A stretch of DNA of 40,423 nucleotides from a virus (IMGVR_UViG_2713896906_000007:1-40423), one strand, 5' to 3'; positions 9,181-19,151 are shown, numbered from the stretch's first letter. Notes: generated from the sequence alone by a model not told the origin. Numbers and translations are program-made.

Positions 9181-10505
9181 TGCACTGGCACCTTCAGAGG
9201 GATCACCGGCACAAAGCCGGGATGCGTAATGGCATTACGCCGGATAATGTCCGCGTCACGCGCCGCGTTATCAAACCAGGTCGCCGCCAGCACCAGCGCG
9301 GGTAAAACCTCATCCGGCGTGCGCTGAATGATCCGCGCAGACTGTTCAAGGCGCATGTTGATATCCGCATTCAGATCTGCTTTCACCCGGCGCAGCGCCA
9401 GAAACAGCGCATCACTGGTTGTACGGGACAACTCCTTATCAATTGCCATATTCAGTGTGTCGCGAATGTCAGTCAGTTCTTCCCACGTCGGCAGGTCAAC
9501 CGTGTTTTTCACCGCCGGTGCATTGTTCAGTGCCGGATGCGTGACGGAAGGCCAGCCAGTGCTCTGCGCAGGTGTTGTTGCCTGCCCCACTGCGGCATTC
9601 TGCATCACCGCGGAAGTTGTTGGCGCAGGCAATCGGGTGACGGCATACGCCGCTTCGCTGATTGCGGTCGTACGAAGGGTGCTGGCAACCACGTTACGCT
9701 GCTGCGTAGCCGTGGCGGTGGTTTTACTGTCCGTTTTCCAGACGCCGCGCGGTTGCAGATCGCTGCCGAGGCTGACACCGGAAAGCGTTTTGATCATGGT
9801 GACCAGGTCGCTGGCGTTACCATAAAGGCGCTTCCCGGTACGCCACATTTTCTGCACTTGCTCAACGAAATTTTTGCCTGACGATGGCGGCGGCAGAAGT
9901 ACCGAGATATCCCCCTGCAACAGCCTGGCGGCATCCGATACGGCAGAATCCACCACTTTCATCGCATCAGAAACATACCCAAGCATTGTGCTGGCATTAC
10001 CGACGACGTCGTTCTGCACAAAATCTGCCACGCCATCGATACTGAAACCGCTGAAACTGTCACTGATGCAGTCATCCAGTGCAGAACAGGATGACATCAG
10101 CGTCTGTGCCGTCGCCGCACCTGATGTGGGGTAAGAGAGTTCTCCCGCTTCGACAAACTTCAGGTCAAAGCGGACAATACGCCCTTCATTCTTCGATGTG
10201 CTGACCCGAACTTCCCCGTCAACACAGACTTTCAGCTCACCGTAAGTCGGATGGACAAGCGTGCCGGGACCGGGTTTATTCAGCGCGTCAATCAGGCGAT
10301 CGCGCTGGTCAAAGCAGTCATCTCCCACCACATAAGCTGTGATGGACGGGCGAAAAGTGACTTTTCCCAGATCTTCGGTATAGGGCTTGTCACGGTTCGG
10401 GTATTCATGTGTTTCCACACGGCGACCGGTTCCCGCACTTTCTTCTTCAACCTTAAACGGCACACCGCGAAATGACGCGCCCTGAAGCCTGTCTTTCCAC
10501 GTCAT
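9177..10505 (-). CDS. DNA circulation protein (Mu gp43-like)
   Basis: Start reassigned to the ATG at 10503-10505 (MTWKDRLQ...) with GGAG 5 nt upstream. The track start at 10553 would lie inside the upstream terminator hairpin. Confidence 0.7.
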   Translation of the reverse strand: MTWKDRLQGASFRGVPFKVEEESAGTGRRVETHEYPNRDKPYTEDLGKVTFRPSITAYVVGDDCFDQRDRLIDALNKPGPGTLVHPTYGELKVCVDGEVRVSTSKNEGRIVRFDLKFVEAGELSYPTSGAATAQTLMSSCSALDDCISDSFSGFSIDGVADFVQNDVVGNASTMLGYVSDAMKVVDSAVSDAARLLQGDISVLLPPPSSGKNFVEQVQKMWRTGKRLYGNASDLVTMIKTLSGVSLGSDLQPRGVWKTDSKTTATATQQRNVVASTLRTTAISEAAYAVTRLPAPTTSAVMQNAAVGQATTPAQSTGWPSVTHPALNNAPAVKNTVDLPTWEELTDIRDTLNMAIDKELSRTTSDALFLALRRVKADLNADINMRLEQSARIIQRTPDEVLPALVLAATWFDNAARDADIIRRNAITHPGFVPVIPLKVPVQ

Positions 10506-10520
10506 ATAAACTCCGGATAT

Positions 10521-10542
10521 AAAAAAGCCCACCGAAGTGGGC
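10521..10542 (-). terminator. Rho-independent terminator after the PH-domain moron
   Basis: Minus strand reads GCCCAC-TTCG-GTGGGC followed by TTTTTT. Confidence 0.65.
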
Positions 10543-10568
10543 ATGAAAGACATAAATTAATGTAAGGT

Positions 10569-10946
10569 TTACCCTGCTATTTTTTGAGCCAGATGGGCCT
10601 GCAATTTATAAATGTTTGCTCCTTTACTGAACTGTTTTTTTATCGGTTCTGCAATACCAGAAATCCATATCTTCATTTCAGCATCAAGATCAAGATGCCC
10701 GGCGGTTTCAATAGAAAAGTTTGTCACAGATTTATATGGAATCGAACGATACTCGACTTTTTTCCCTGTGACACCCTGCTTATCAATAAAAATTAACCTT
10801 CTGTTAGTCAGAATAATTTGGTCACGAATGAGTTTATAGGCAAGTTCGACATTTTCTCCCTCACCTAAAACAGCCCCTAATTCCTGTTGTGCATCTGATG
10901 CATTAATTTCACCGGCATTACCTATAATGGCATGTAACAGACCCAT
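10569..10946 (-). CDS. Bacterial PH-domain protein (bPH_1-like), a moron inserted between tape measure and DNA-circulation genes
   Basis: 125 aa from the ATG at 10944-10946 (AAGGG upstream). The track ORF extends to 11027, overlapping the tape-measure 3' end. AT-rich, with its own terminator. Motifs TNRRLIF ... EYRSIPY are typical of the small bacterial PH fold. Confidence 0.55.
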   Translation of the reverse strand: MGLLHAIIGNAGEINASDAQQELGAVLGEGENVELAYKLIRDQIILTNRRLIFIDKQGVTGKKVEYRSIPYKSVTNFSIETAGHLDLDAEMKIWISGIAEPIKKQFSKGANIYKLQAHLAQKIAG

Positions 10947-10998
10947 AGATTTCCCTTCAGTTGATAACAAACTTAAAGACAAATTATATCTGGTTCCG

Positions 10999-12834
10999 TC
11001 ATCTGCCAATATGCGTATAGCCAACATCGTGATTTATATCAAAACCGCTGGATCGCGTTTCCATAACCCGCATCCCCGGAGGCGAATTCACAAAAGATAC
11101 CTTGATCTCACCATCAACTTTTGGCGCAGAAGCTTTGTTAATCATGAAGGGATTCGGGCCTGTGGCATTGGAGGCGTTGTTTGACTGAGCCGGATCCACC
11201 GCCGGATAAGGTGTGTATCCCCGCGCCGGTATTCCCGTCCCATAAGCATCATAAGCACCCGCGCCCCACTGCGCAGAGTTAATGGCATCGACCGTGTCAC
11301 CGGAACTGTCGGTAAACCACTCAATAATTGGCTTCAGCTTGTCCCACATATCCTGAAACCACTTAACAACCGGTCCCCAGTTATTGATCACCATCCCCAG
11401 CGGCGACCAGGCAAAAACCTTCTTAAGAAGTTCCCAGCCAGTCTCAAAATAAGGACCAATGGTTTCCCAGAGTTTCTTAAAATAAGGTCCGACAACATCC
11501 CAGTTAGTGATAATTAATCCCGCAGCCAGGGCTATCGCCGTCGCAATCATGCCAATCGGCGTCATCGACATGATCCTGCTGACAATACTGATGGCACTGC
11601 CCACGCCCATCAATCCCAGTTTCAGAATCGCAAGACCGGCAGCAAGCCCGACGACGCCGCGAATAACCCGGGGATTTTCATCCGCAAACTTCGTGAATTT
11701 TTCCCCCAACTCCCCCAGCCATTGCGTGATATTTTTAGCGTCACCAGAAAATGCGCCGCCAATAGCTGCAAGACCGTTAGTTGCGGTCCCCGTCATTGCC
11801 TCCCACAGGTTGGACAGCGTACCAAGCTGAGCCTGAACACGTTTATTCAGGCTGGCCTGTTTATTCATCTTCTGCTGGATCTGATCGTAGCCATCCTTTC
11901 CTTTATCGATCAGGGCATTGACCACCTGAAGGGTTTCGGCATCATCACCAAATATTGCCTTAAGTACGCCTGTTCGCTTAACGTCGGTCAGTTTTCGCAA
12001 CTTTGCCAGTTGCCTGAACATGTTATCAAGACCGCCAAAACTTCCTTTGCCGTCAGTAAAATCGAGCTGTACCCCGAGTTTCTGGCGGGCCATGACTTTA
12101 TTGACGTCCCTGATTTTCTTAACACTTAATCCAGACTGGATAACTTTTCGCAGGGCATTACCTGCCGACTCCCCGTTCATCCCCATCTGATCCATCATGA
12201 CGCTGATGGGGGAAAGGCTCTGTGCAGCCTGAAGACCGTCCTTGTTCACCATCTTCAGAACAGAACTGGTTTTAGTGAAGAAGGACAACATGTTGGTATC
12301 GTCAACGCCCAGATAAAACGCCTTCTGAATAGTGTCGAACAGCCCCATCATGTCTTCTGACGCCGTTCCGGTAGCATCCTGCATCTTTGCAGCAAACTCA
12401 GCAGCCGCTTCCGGTGTTTTTTTCAGTTGTACCGCAAGATAAGCTGTCGCTTTACCCACACCACCAAGAATGTTTTCTGCCGGGATCCCCTGACGCACCA
12501 GCATCTGCATCATGTTCTGGAAATCAGCCGTTGTACCGGGTAGCTGGTTACCCAGGCCAATAGCCAGTTTATTGATGTCCTGAAAGCTCTTTCCAACCTC
12601 GCCGTTCGCATCCATCATGGCGACTTTCAGCCCGGTGGCGGCGTTTTCCTGATCGGCATAAGATTTCAGGGAAAGCGTCAGACCCGCTGCCAGTCCGCCA
12701 CCAAGCGCCAGCCCACCCTGTGACGCTTCTTCCGCCTGGCGTTTAAATCCCCGGATTTTCTTTTGCATTTTCGACAGCGCGGGAGAAAGTCTGTCGACAC
12801 CGGTTATCAACGCCTTAAGCTCAAATTCAGCCAT
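10999..12834 (-). CDS. Tail tape measure protein
   Basis: 611 aa, Gly/Ala-rich with a hydrophobic central region. Lies between the chaperone and baseplate genes. Confidence 0.85.
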   Translation of the reverse strand: MAEFELKALITGVDRLSPALSKMQKKIRGFKRQAEEASQGGLALGGGLAAGLTLSLKSYADQENAATGLKVAMMDANGEVGKSFQDINKLAIGLGNQLPGTTADFQNMMQMLVRQGIPAENILGGVGKATAYLAVQLKKTPEAAAEFAAKMQDATGTASEDMMGLFDTIQKAFYLGVDDTNMLSFFTKTSSVLKMVNKDGLQAAQSLSPISVMMDQMGMNGESAGNALRKVIQSGLSVKKIRDVNKVMARQKLGVQLDFTDGKGSFGGLDNMFRQLAKLRKLTDVKRTGVLKAIFGDDAETLQVVNALIDKGKDGYDQIQQKMNKQASLNKRVQAQLGTLSNLWEAMTGTATNGLAAIGGAFSGDAKNITQWLGELGEKFTKFADENPRVIRGVVGLAAGLAILKLGLMGVGSAISIVSRIMSMTPIGMIATAIALAAGLIITNWDVVGPYFKKLWETIGPYFETGWELLKKVFAWSPLGMVINNWGPVVKWFQDMWDKLKPIIEWFTDSSGDTVDAINSAQWGAGAYDAYGTGIPARGYTPYPAVDPAQSNNASNATGPNPFMINKASAPKVDGEIKVSFVNSPPGMRVMETRSSGFDINHDVGYTHIGR

Positions 12835-13245
12835 GTGTGCGTTTCTCCTGCTCTATCCTGTTTGCCTGACTGACCAGCAAGGGAATTTCACTGATCGGCA
12901 TATTCAGCAATTCGAAGGGATTAATGCGCCAGTAGCTGGCGCAGTCAAAGAAGCGATCAGTGAGGTATTCAGCCGTCAGGCCTGGAGGAAAAAACCAGCC
13001 ACAAGCCACGCCGCTGCATTCAGGTCTGCCGGAGACATCTGGTCGACAGAGCTTTGCGGCACTTTCGCCAGCCGCACAATGTATTTCGACACCACATGCG
13101 CCAGAAGTCTGACGGACTCATCCTGATTCATCTGGTAGGGATACCCCAGCTCGCGGACATCTTTCCCGGTGGGCTCATCAAACTCCAGTACGGAGAGTGT
13201 CTCGCCATGAGCGGTAATCGGTTTCTTTAACTCAAGCTCTTTCAT
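12827..13245 (-). CDS. Tail assembly chaperone, -1 programmed-frameshift fusion product (lambda G-T analogue)
   Basis: Slippery heptamer T_TTT_TTC at 12988-12994 (minus-strand sense) lies exactly where the -1 frame ORF 12827..13009 overlaps. The -1 frame has no ATG of its own at the overlap. Confidence 0.45.
12976..13245 (-). CDS. Tail assembly chaperone (short, in-frame product)
   Basis: 89 aa immediately upstream of the tape measure. Ends just after the slippery heptamer. Confidence 0.6.
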   Translation of the reverse strand: MKELELKKPITAHGETLSVLEFDEPTGKDVRELGYPYQMNQDESVRLLAHVVSKYIVRLAKVPQSSVDQMSPADLNAAAWLVAGFFLQA

Positions 13246-13601
13246 TACTGGTAATCCCCTTCTTCACCGTGGAACTCAAGATCGACCGTGCCTTCTTCGG
13301 CATTATGGTTCGCTTCGCCGTGCAGCCAGGCAGACGACAGTACATAGACCTGACCGTTCGCCAGCTCGGCAGTGATGGTCATCTCATCAGACGAGGTGAT
13401 TTTGCTCACCGGAAAATTCTTCGGCACCTTGAAGGTCCCTTTGACATAAGGCGCACGGTGAGTTTCCTTGCGGTCCACTGAACCGTCCAGGCCGATGATG
13501 TCATCATTGACCGTCCTGTTCATGGGCACCTCAATGCCGCCGGTCAGCGATAGCTGCTGACCGTCAATTTTGAAATAACAGGTTCCCCCGATACGGGCCA
13601 T
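13245..13601 (-). CDS. Tail tube protein (Mu gp40-like)
   Basis: 118 aa directly downstream of the sheath gene with overlapping start/stop. Confidence 0.75.
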   Translation of the reverse strand: MARIGGTCYFKIDGQQLSLTGGIEVPMNRTVNDDIIGLDGSVDRKETHRAPYVKGTFKVPKNFPVSKITSSDEMTITAELANGQVYVLSSAWLHGEANHNAEEGTVDLEFHGEEGDYQ

Positions 13602-15097
13602 TATGCGGACTCCTCTGAATACTGAAGACGGAACTGGTTAACCACGGCAAAGACACGCAACTGGTTAACATAGTCAGGCGGGAACAGCGTGTTCAGGCGG
13701 TTCGGATCGCTGGCATCACGCTCCACAACCAGGTACTGCTTAAACAGTTCGTAGTTTTCCACGATCCCCGCACGCTCAAGCTGACGGTAGGTTGCCAGCA
13801 GTTCCCCTTTGATCACCGCCGGGGTGACAATCGCCTGACCGGGACCAAAGCGGGTACCGTCACTGGCAAGCTTGTGACGCCCGTACTTACTGGTAATGAC
13901 GGATTTCAGTTTGCGCAGTACATACGCGCTGGTATGCAGAGTCTCACTGTCTAGGTAGCTGTTATCCGCAACCCCGTAAGCGTTTTTCCTGTACGTGGTG
14001 ACATCACGCTGAATGCGCAGTACCCCGCTTTCGACATACGCCGTTGCCACGCCATGAGACAGCAGGGTCTGTTGTTCGGTCATCGTGAACCGTTTCCCCT
14101 TCGGCGCAGGCAGCATACCCACCAGCTCACCGGTCTGCGTGGGACGTGCCGGATCGTTGCGAATAAACACCGCTGCGCGGGCGGTACGGCTTGCCGCCAG
14201 TTCGTCGGCAGGCGTCTGGGTCTCTTTTTCGTACCCCGCCAGGGTAATGTGCTGCTGGTTAAACTGGTCACCTGCGGTCACCAGTTCTGACAGCGTGCCG
14301 ATCTTTGCCGTATACACATGACCATACAGCTGACGCGCATAGCTCCAGCGACCGCTGGTATCGTTCATCTCGGTCACCAGCGTGTTAACGGAGGCCGTGT
14401 CGTTGAACGGCAGGCCGATATAATCAAACGGCTCATCCGCCATTGCAGCCACCGCGCCGGTGAGAACCGGAGCACCCGTACCGGCGGTACCCGTCGCCAC
14501 GGCAATCTGTACGCCCGCTGGCAGCACTTCGCCCCCACCAAAGCCGTAGTAATTGAGGCTGACAGGAATTTCATTCCCGCAAAGCCCCTTATGACGCGCG
14601 GTCAGTGTGACCACGCCTGCCGAAGATGAAGCCGTAAACGGCAGGGCCGGAACGGCATTGATGGCATCTTTGATACTGCTGGCAATCGTCGTGACGTTAT
14701 CGCCGTTGGTCACCGGAGCCTGCACGCGGGTACGTCCCACATAGACATTCACCGTGCCGGTTTCGGTTGCCTCCCCGGTCACCGTCAGCGTAACCGTTGC
14801 CGCCGCGCCTGTGGATTCAGGAACGGCAATCACATACAGCTCGCCAAACGGGTCGGTCTGGCGATAAGCCTCGACCATACGCGCCAGCTGACTTCCCGCA
14901 CCACAAATCTGGCGTGCATAGTCTGCCGACGGCATCAGTACCAGACTGTTGGCAACAATCTCTGCACCGTTATTGGCATGACCAATCAGCAGCGATGCTC
15001 CGCTGTCCTGTGCAGTATTCGCCGCCTGGTTATCCATTTCCGCATAAAACAGCGGAACCAGCGTATTCGACGGAATGGTGTTAAAGCTTATCGTCAT
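13601..15097 (-). CDS. Contractile tail sheath protein
   Basis: 498 aa. Sheath-like size and position upstream of the tube. Confidence 0.85.
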   Translation of the reverse strand: MTISFNTIPSNTLVPLFYAEMDNQAANTAQDSGASLLIGHANNGAEIVANSLVLMPSADYARQICGAGSQLARMVEAYRQTDPFGELYVIAVPESTGAAATVTLTVTGEATETGTVNVYVGRTRVQAPVTNGDNVTTIASSIKDAINAVPALPFTASSSAGVVTLTARHKGLCGNEIPVSLNYYGFGGGEVLPAGVQIAVATGTAGTGAPVLTGAVAAMADEPFDYIGLPFNDTASVNTLVTEMNDTSGRWSYARQLYGHVYTAKIGTLSELVTAGDQFNQQHITLAGYEKETQTPADELAASRTARAAVFIRNDPARPTQTGELVGMLPAPKGKRFTMTEQQTLLSHGVATAYVESGVLRIQRDVTTYRKNAYGVADNSYLDSETLHTSAYVLRKLKSVITSKYGRHKLASDGTRFGPGQAIVTPAVIKGELLATYRQLERAGIVENYELFKQYLVVERDASDPNRLNTLFPPDYVNQLRVFAVVNQFRLQYSEESA

Positions 15098-15251
15098 CGG
15101 TGTTCACCTTTTTATTCACGCGCCGGATATCACCCGCTGCTTCACGGCGCAGCCAGTAGTTGTTCTCGTCAACATTTCGCCCTTCGGCGGGCAAAAGGTC
15201 GCCGCGGGCAGGGTCAGGAACTGACCGCCCTTTAACAGGTTTGACAAACAT
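15081..15251 (-). CDS. Small Mu-like phage protein (DUF2635-like), below the ORF-track cutoff
   Basis: Manual translation: MFVKPVKGRSVPDPARGDLLPAEGRNVDENNYWLRREAAGDIRRVNKKVNTDDDKL. AGGA upstream. Overlaps the sheath start by 17 nt. Confidence 0.45.
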   Translation of the reverse strand: MFVKPVKGRSVPDPARGDLLPAEGRNVDENNYWLRREAAGDIRRVNKKVNTDDDKL

Positions 15252-15259
15252 GAGGATCC

Positions 15260-15820
15260 TCAGGAAGGAAGGGTTATTTCGGTGTGATGTTCGATATCGC
15301 CGTCAGGCCCGTTACCGGGCTCGAGATAATCAACATCAATCGCCAGCGTTTGCAGTTCATCCAGACTGTTCAGATCATCCTGCTGGCGGGTATCGTCTTC
15401 AGTCAGCTCGCTGATGACCGAAAAATCGAACTGATAAATCAGCTCATGACGATTCAGATCCAGCAGCGTGCCGCCGTCATAGGTAATCGGGTTACCGCAC
15501 GCTTCCGGGTTCCAGCCCAGCAGGGCCTTAAAGAGCATCTGCCGGACATCGTCCACCACATCATACGAGGCAAACTGACCGCGCTCATCACGCCCGTTAC
15601 TCAGTATGACAACCACGGAGAAGCCCTCTTTCAGCTCCTGCCAGTAGTCGGTCTGGCTTTTGTTTTCTCCCGGAGAGTCATCACCCGGTACCACATACGC
15701 CGCCGGGAGTCTCAGCTTTCCGACCTCCGGCAGATTTTTGAACTGTGCCGCGCCTGCCACCCGGTTTTCAAAATACGGGCAGCGGGCACGCAGCGCAGCA
15801 ATAACAGGCGTCAGTTTCAT
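15260..15820 (-). CDS. Mu gp37-like protein (DUF1834)
   Basis: 186 aa, syntenic between the morphogenesis gene and the sheath. Confidence 0.5.
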   Translation of the reverse strand: MKLTPVIAALRARCPYFENRVAGAAQFKNLPEVGKLRLPAAYVVPGDDSPGENKSQTDYWQELKEGFSVVVILSNGRDERGQFASYDVVDDVRQMLFKALLGWNPEACGNPITYDGGTLLDLNRHELIYQFDFSVISELTEDDTRQQDDLNSLDELQTLAIDVDYLEPGNGPDGDIEHHTEITLPS

Positions 15821-16323
15821 CTGTGTCGTCGCTCCGGCTTCAGTGATTTACGCAATTCCCGCGCCAGAAAATAGCGTGTCCAGCTGCGGTTCTTTTCAAG
15901 AGTTTCCACCATGAAGTTATTACGTGGAGCCAGTCGCCAGCCGCTGCCACCGGATGCACCACGATGATGACTACGACGACGTTTTGCTCCTCCCCGGACA
16001 CCAAAAAACAGAAACGCCGGATAGAAGTCACCAGAGATCATCCGGTTCCCCTTCCCGTTGTGCTGGTTAGGGGCAATGCGTGTCATAAAACCGGCTCGCT
16101 TTTTACTGGCTCTCGGCACCATGTAACCAATCGAACGAGCCAGGCGTCCGGTCTGATAACCGGGGTTTTCACCCGGTGCCGACCGCGCACGGCGCATCAC
16201 CAGCCGACGGGCATCACGCATATGACGCTGCCCAATCGTGATAAACGCCCGCCGGACACGGGCGCGGTTAAAGCGCATCTCGGCGGGCTGCTGAACATCA
16301 ACGTGAAAAAAGGGAGTCGCCAT
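15817..16323 (-). CDS. Virion morphogenesis / tail completion protein (Mu G / P2 S-like)
   Basis: 168 aa, basic. Position between head-tail adaptor and tail genes. Confidence 0.5.
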   Translation of the reverse strand: MATPFFHVDVQQPAEMRFNRARVRRAFITIGQRHMRDARRLVMRRARSAPGENPGYQTGRLARSIGYMVPRASKKRAGFMTRIAPNQHNGKGNRMISGDFYPAFLFFGVRGGAKRRRSHHRGASGGSGWRLAPRNNFMVETLEKNRSWTRYFLARELRKSLKPERRHR

Positions 16324-16708
16324 TGCTGCCTCCGTGACTCTGCCTACATTCGCCCAGCTCCGTACACTCCAGCAGCAGAAAGCGCCGCGCCCCGTTCAGA
16401 TCACGCTGACGTTTCACCCGGTACACACTGTCATCACAGACCACCTCATAATCAGCAGTGATCCCCCGGCGGTAACGAATGGTGATGTAATGGGTGATGG
16501 CGTCCCCGGTCTGCGCGGTTTCCTGCCAGGTGGTGGCACTGGTCTGGATAACCTTCGCCCATGTCCGGAACGTAACCGGGTATTGAGGCTCCACGCCAAA
16601 GTTATCCGCGGGCATATCCACCCGCTGGCGGATCAGGACGCGTTTATTCAGTTCACCGGGGTCCGGCAGAATGTAGGTTGCGCTGGTCTGCGCCTGACGA
16701 ATTTTCAT
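16298..16708 (-). CDS. Head-tail adaptor / head closure protein
   Basis: 136 aa downstream of the gp6-like connector. Assigned by synteny only. Confidence 0.45.
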   Translation of the reverse strand: MKIRQAQTSATYILPDPGELNKRVLIRQRVDMPADNFGVEPQYPVTFRTWAKVIQTSATTWQETAQTGDAITHYITIRYRRGITADYEVVCDDSVYRVKRQRDLNGARRFLLLECTELGECRQSHGGSNGDSLFSR

Positions 16709-17016
16709 TGCGGAAAGTACCTGTACGGGCCGACAAGCCAGCCAAAACTCTGCGGCATGTCGAGTTTCTCCACTTCCGTAACCGACGAGCGGTTTTCGTA
16801 AAAATGGCTGATAAGCATCAGCATCCCCAGACGAATATCATCCGGCAGGTGCAGCCCGTCCGGATCGCTGTCCGGAATGGTTTCATCCGGTGCATAGAGC
16901 TTCCGGTTCAGATACGTTTCCGTCCGCTTTTGTGCCGCACAGGCCAGCAGTTGCAGATGGCGGTCATCAGCATCGAAATCCTCATCCAGCCGGAGTTGGG
17001 CTTTAATCTCTTCCAT
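16705..17016 (-). CDS. Head-tail connector protein (gp6-like)
   Basis: MEEIKAQLRLDEDFDADD...YLNRKL is the characteristic gp6 N-terminal pattern. Start taken at the second Met. Confidence 0.6.
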   Translation of the reverse strand: MEEIKAQLRLDEDFDADDRHLQLLACAAQKRTETYLNRKLYAPDETIPDSDPDGLHLPDDIRLGMLMLISHFYENRSSVTEVEKLDMPQSFGWLVGPYRYFPQ

Positions 17017-17030
17017 TGTCAGAAGCATAC

Positions 17031-17231
17031 TCAGCCCTCTTTACTGGTCGTGGCTTTTTTCTCTTTTGCCGCTTTACTGCTTTTTGCACTGATTCCGCGC
17101 TCTGCTAACCCGGCCTGAAGTGCAATCTCCTGCACCCGGGCAGGAAGTGCCCCGTCGTCATACTCACCGGCCCGAATGACCTCAACACGCATACCGTCCG
17201 GTGACCATTTCAGATCTTGTTTCAGGATCAT
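17031..17231 (-). CDS. Small hypothetical head-module protein
   Basis: 66 aa ORF between capsid and connector genes. Lys/Ala-rich C-terminus. Confidence 0.35.
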   Translation of the reverse strand: MILKQDLKWSPDGMRVEVIRAGEYDDGALPARVQEIALQAGLAERGISAKSSKAAKEKKATTSKEG

Positions 17232-17280
17232 GATTCTTCACCCGTCAGAACAGGGGGCGCGGTTCCGCGCCCCTGAATGA

Positions 17281-18486
17281 TTACGCCGCTGCAATCTTCA
17301 GCAGTTTGATGGCCTGCGAATCGACCAGCATCCCGCCGGTGCGCTTGGTGGTATAAAAACCGACAAACGGTTTATTGGTGTACGGGTCACGCAGAATGCG
17401 GGTGCCGATACGGTCAACGATGGTGTAACCCCGTTTGAAGTTACCAAATGCAATGGCTTTCGCATCAGCGGCGATATCCGGCATCTGTTCGTTTTCAGCG
17501 ATACCGTAACCCGCCAGAGAGGACGACTGCCCCAGTTCCAGCCCCGGACGCCACAGATAGTTACCCTCGCTGTCTTTCAGCAGACGGATGGCAAACAGGC
17601 TGTTGTTGTTCATCATGAACTTCGCGCCAGTGCGGTGTGCCTTACGTAGCGTGTAAATCAGTTTGATAATGGCGTCTGCTGTCACCGTCGTCGCTTCACC
17701 GGATACAATATGCTGAAGTTTGCCGAACGCCCGGACCTTATCGGTTTCATCAGTGGATTCATACGCCAGGAACCCTTTCGGCTTCTTGGTACCATCGCCG
17801 GTGGTAAAGGCAATTTCTTCCTGTTCGGCAAATTCGGTTGCCAGCTCGCTGTTGATCCATGCTTCCACGTTGAAAAAGGCATCATCCAGCATTTTCTGGG
17901 TGGCCTGCGGGTTACCGTAGATTTCCCCCATGAAAGGTTCAATCAGGCCCAGTTTTGAGGTGGCAGTCTGGGAGCGCGCGTCAGTCTCGCCAACCCATCC
18001 GGAAGCCGTGCCGCCCAGATTCACCAGTTTTTTGTAGTCGGAACCACCAACGGTGATCACCGTGGCTTCCTGGCGCATCACCACTTCATCTTTCAGCAGG
18101 GTGAGAATGTTGCGATCCAGTGCTTCCGGCACGGCATAGCCGCCGTCTTCATCGGTGCCCACCTGTAATGCCTTGCGCTCCAGATCGCGCAGACCATCTT
18201 CACGGCCTTTACGCAGGAAGCCCACAAACGCTTCTTTATGCTCGGTGGCCAGTTTATTTTGCGCACCACCTGCCGGACGTTTCAGCTCAAGCAGCTCTTT
18301 TTCAAGATCGCTTTTGAGGTTTTCCAGCTCGCTGAGTTTCCCGTTCAGGGTTTCCACCTGCCCGGCAAGTTTGCCTTTTTCCTGCTCAATCGCATCCACG
18401 CGCTTGTCGTTCTTTGCTTTGAAGTCGTCAAACTTCTGCTGCAGCTCCTGCGCGACCTGTTCGACATCTTTAATATCAACCGCCAT
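17281..18486 (-). CDS. Major capsid protein (HK97 fold)
   Basis: 401 aa with an N-terminal coiled-coil/delta-like region (KLSELENLKSDLEKELLELKR), as in HK97-type capsid precursors. Confidence 0.85.
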   Translation of the reverse strand: MAVDIKDVEQVAQELQQKFDDFKAKNDKRVDAIEQEKGKLAGQVETLNGKLSELENLKSDLEKELLELKRPAGGAQNKLATEHKEAFVGFLRKGREDGLRDLERKALQVGTDEDGGYAVPEALDRNILTLLKDEVVMRQEATVITVGGSDYKKLVNLGGTASGWVGETDARSQTATSKLGLIEPFMGEIYGNPQATQKMLDDAFFNVEAWINSELATEFAEQEEIAFTTGDGTKKPKGFLAYESTDETDKVRAFGKLQHIVSGEATTVTADAIIKLIYTLRKAHRTGAKFMMNNNSLFAIRLLKDSEGNYLWRPGLELGQSSSLAGYGIAENEQMPDIAADAKAIAFGNFKRGYTIVDRIGTRILRDPYTNKPFVGFYTTKRTGGMLVDSQAIKLLKIAAA

Positions 18487-18500
18487 CGTATTTCTCCTGA

Positions 18501-19151
18501 TTAGAAGTTCAGATTTTTCAGTGCATTCAGTGCAGAGCCCACATCCTCAGCGTCGCGCAGGGACAGTGCGCCATAGCCCCCGGCCATGAATGCTTTGGCC
18601 TGGGTACGGGAGAGTCCGACATCACGCAGGACTCTTTCGATTTTTTTCTGTTCGGGGATTTCCCCGCGGGCCAGTGCGTTCTTGACGTCGCTGATCCGCG
18701 CCTCGTCGTTAGACGGGAACGTCACCAGGCTGACTTCCCAGAGGTCGATTTCTTTCAGCAGAAAGGCTTCTTTGCTCCGGTCGTATTCCCAGTCCTTCAG
18801 GACGTACCCAATAGAAAGGCCGGTTAACGAACCGGCCTTCATGTGTGCATGTGCGCGTTTTGCGAGGGGATCATCATCGATAAGCAACCGTCCCCTGACG
18901 TAAAGCCCGACATCGTCTTCCTTCATTTCGGTGTAAACACCGATGGGTTCATCCATGCGGTGCTGCCAGAGCAGCGCAGGTAACGCTTTTCTGTCACTCC
19001 ACGCCCGCAGGGAAGCAGCAAATGCCCCGGACATCACCACATCATCGTGGCTGTCCTTTACACCAAAGACGGAGCCATACCCTTCAAACTCACCGGAGTC
19101 ACTGACAGATTTCAGACTCAGCGGTACATCAAGACGTTGTTTCGTCTGCAT
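18501..19151 (-). CDS. Prohead protease (HK97 family)
   Basis: Between portal and capsid genes. Start set at the ATG at 19149-19151 (AAGGA upstream); the track start at 19187 would overlap the portal gene by 59 nt. Confidence 0.75.
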   Translation of the reverse strand: MQTKQRLDVPLSLKSVSDSGEFEGYGSVFGVKDSHDDVVMSGAFAASLRAWSDRKALPALLWQHRMDEPIGVYTEMKEDDVGLYVRGRLLIDDDPLAKRAHAHMKAGSLTGLSIGYVLKDWEYDRSKEAFLLKEIDLWEVSLVTFPSNDEARISDVKNALARGEIPEQKKIERVLRDVGLSRTQAKAFMAGGYGALSLRDAEDVGSALNALKNLNF

